From Schmidtea nova (lineage: Eukaryota), in the NCBI GenBank assembly GCA_044892505.1, contig CM097883.1, forward strand, positions 289,540,001 to 289,604,000: 64,000 nucleotides of DNA. The letters run 5' to 3'. The position numbers and the translations under genes are program-made. Of this stretch, positions 62,606-64,000 are shown piece by piece; the first letter of the stretch is position 1, and each line of letters starts with the position of its first letter. The notes under the pieces were generated by a model. The model was given only the letters and a program-made list of their open reading frames with translations, made no database searches and was not told where the DNA came from.

Positions 62606-64000
62606 ATGGAGGAGAATCAGAAAGTTACCAGTGTAAACTCGGAAGATAATTTATTAAAAGAAGAGCAGAAAATAACCAGTCCAAATGTAGAAGATAATTT
62701 ACAGGAAGAAGAAAAAGAAGTATTAACAATGAATATGCAACTGCAACAGAATATCGAAGGAAAAGTAAATGAAATAATAACTGAATTATCAGACGTTGAA
62801 ATTGAAAGAAAGGGAAATGTATATGAATTTTCAGTAAAAGATATGGAGGGAGAAGAAAAGAAGAAGTTTGTGGAGAAATATAACCGAAAAAGAAGAGAAA
62901 GAAGAAGCGATGATGACACATGTAGCATGGACGAGAAATGGGATGAATCTACGACAATCAAATTAGAAGAAGTGGCACAAAGATTGTTAACAATTACCAT
63001 GGAAGAAATGACGAAAATGAATCAAAAATCGGAAGAAAAGAGGAAATCAGCGAAGCTCGAAAGATCAAAACAAATAGAGACGTCAAAGATCGAACGATTA
63101 ATCAGTAATCTAAGCAAGAGTGCAGGAAATCAAGGTGAAACAACAACTGAGTTACTAAAATGGGTTATAAAAAATAGTGCAAATATATCAAACATGAGAT
63201 TGATAGTGAAAGAAATCGAGAAATGCAGACGTTTATGCCCTTGGTATTTAACACAATTTGATGACATCATGAGAAAATGGAAACAACTGGAACAAACAAA
63301 CGATGATCCACAGATGTGCAGATTGAAAATTCAGTTTCCGAGTCTAGGAGAAATAAAGATGAATGTACCATTAACAACAAAGATCAAAGAGATAAAAGGG
63401 AGATTACCATTCAATTTACCATTTCACTTGAGATATGATGGAGAACCGCTGGATGATGATATAGAAATCGGTGTAACCCCGATACAAATCGAAACAAGTA
63501 ATAATTTAACTGTTGATAAAATTGCAGGAAGCGAGTTGACCAAAAAAGCGAGAGGTGAAGATAATCCCAAAACAACGATAATTGCAATGATGAAAACTCC
63601 AGCTGGACCAACACTTACAATTAACATCGAAGTTAATGGCGTAAAAGTAGACGCGATGATTGATACTGGTGCAAATATATCAGCAATAGATATCGATATG
63701 ATACCAGAAATGTTACAGTTATGCATCGAGAAAACATCAGTAGACGTAATAACATGCAGCAAAGAATCTGTCAATATCGTTGGAAAGATATGGACGGACA
63801 TCGAATACAAAAATGTGAAAGTATCAACTTATTTGACAGTAATAAAACAACTAGGTGCACCATGCATTATTGGAACAGACTTAATACCAAAACTGTTAAA
63901 AGGATCTGTAATTGATTTGAATACGATGAAGTTGAAACACCAAATTGAAGAAAATTGCACAAGAGAAACAGCGACAGAACAATCAAATCAAGAAATGACC
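62606..64000 (+). CDS. Retroelement polyprotein N-terminus: acidic region, helical module, UBL-like domain, retropepsin (open to window end)
   Basis: Open frame from ATG 62606 with no stop to 64000 (hence absent from the ORF track); VDAMIDTGANISAI (D at 63662) and CIIGTDL; UBL-like segment 63320-63480. Confidence 0.8.
   Translation, partial: MEENQKVTSVNSEDNLLKEEQKITSPNVEDNLQEEEKEVLTMNMQLQQNIEGKVNEIITELSDVEIERKGNVYEFSVKDMEGEEKKKFVEKYNRKRRERRSDDDTCSMDEKWDESTTIKLEEVAQRLLTITMEEMTKMNQKSEEKRKSAKLERSKQIETSKIERLISNLSKSAGNQGETTTELLKWVIKNSANISNMRLIVKEIEKCRRLCPWYLTQFDDIMRKWKQLEQTNDDPQMCRLKIQFPSLGEIKMNVPLTTKIKEIKGRLPFNLPFHLRYDGEPLDDDIEIGVTPIQIETSNNLTVDKIAGSELTKKARGEDNPKTTIIAMMKTPAGPTLTINIEVNGVKVDAMIDTGANISAIDIDMIPEMLQLCIEKTSVDVITCSKESVNIVGKIWTDIEYKNVKVSTYLTVIKQLGAPCIIGTDLIPKLLKGSVIDLNTMKLKHQIEENCTRETATEQSNQEMT

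Noticed and set aside
489-63915. ORF-track entries spanning N runs or microsatellites, or antisense to TE ORFs (e.g. 17324-, 21920-, 22494-, 62617-)
   Set aside because: Artifacts of gaps, low-complexity repeats, or the stop-poor reverse strand of A-rich coding sequence.

Overview
AT-rich eukaryotic (invertebrate animal-like) scaffold window with about ten N gaps, dominated by nested and decayed transposable elements. Host genes are sparse: an intact intronless UPF0764/C16orf89-like gene, WW-domain and claudin-like exons, ~47-nt introns, and Angel and Derlin pseudogene fragments. The main structure is a three-tier nest. A Penelope-like element is split inside its GIY-YIG domain by an 18.5-kb LTR element (13574-32073, 4-bp TSD AATG, tRNA-Trp PBS). 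That element is in turn split inside gag by a 5.4-kb CsRn1-like Ty3/gypsy element that has pol but almost no gag. The outer element has no visible pol of its own. Instead its four-knuckle Gag appears to continue into repeated helical (TFIIS-N-like) plus ubiquitin-like modules, then a type I membrane glycoprotein, followed by a DEDDh (REX4/ISG20-like) exonuclease ORF. A second retroelement ORF at the right edge carries a similar helical+UBL module fused to a retropepsin, about 2.7 kb downstream of a stand-alone IAP-type RING ORF. Also present: piggyBac, mariner, two hAT elements, solo LTRs with TSDs, a TA-flanked MITE family, a ~4-kb long-TIR element family and satellites. All domain calls are by-eye motif recognition; no database search was run, and the organism cannot be determined from this window.
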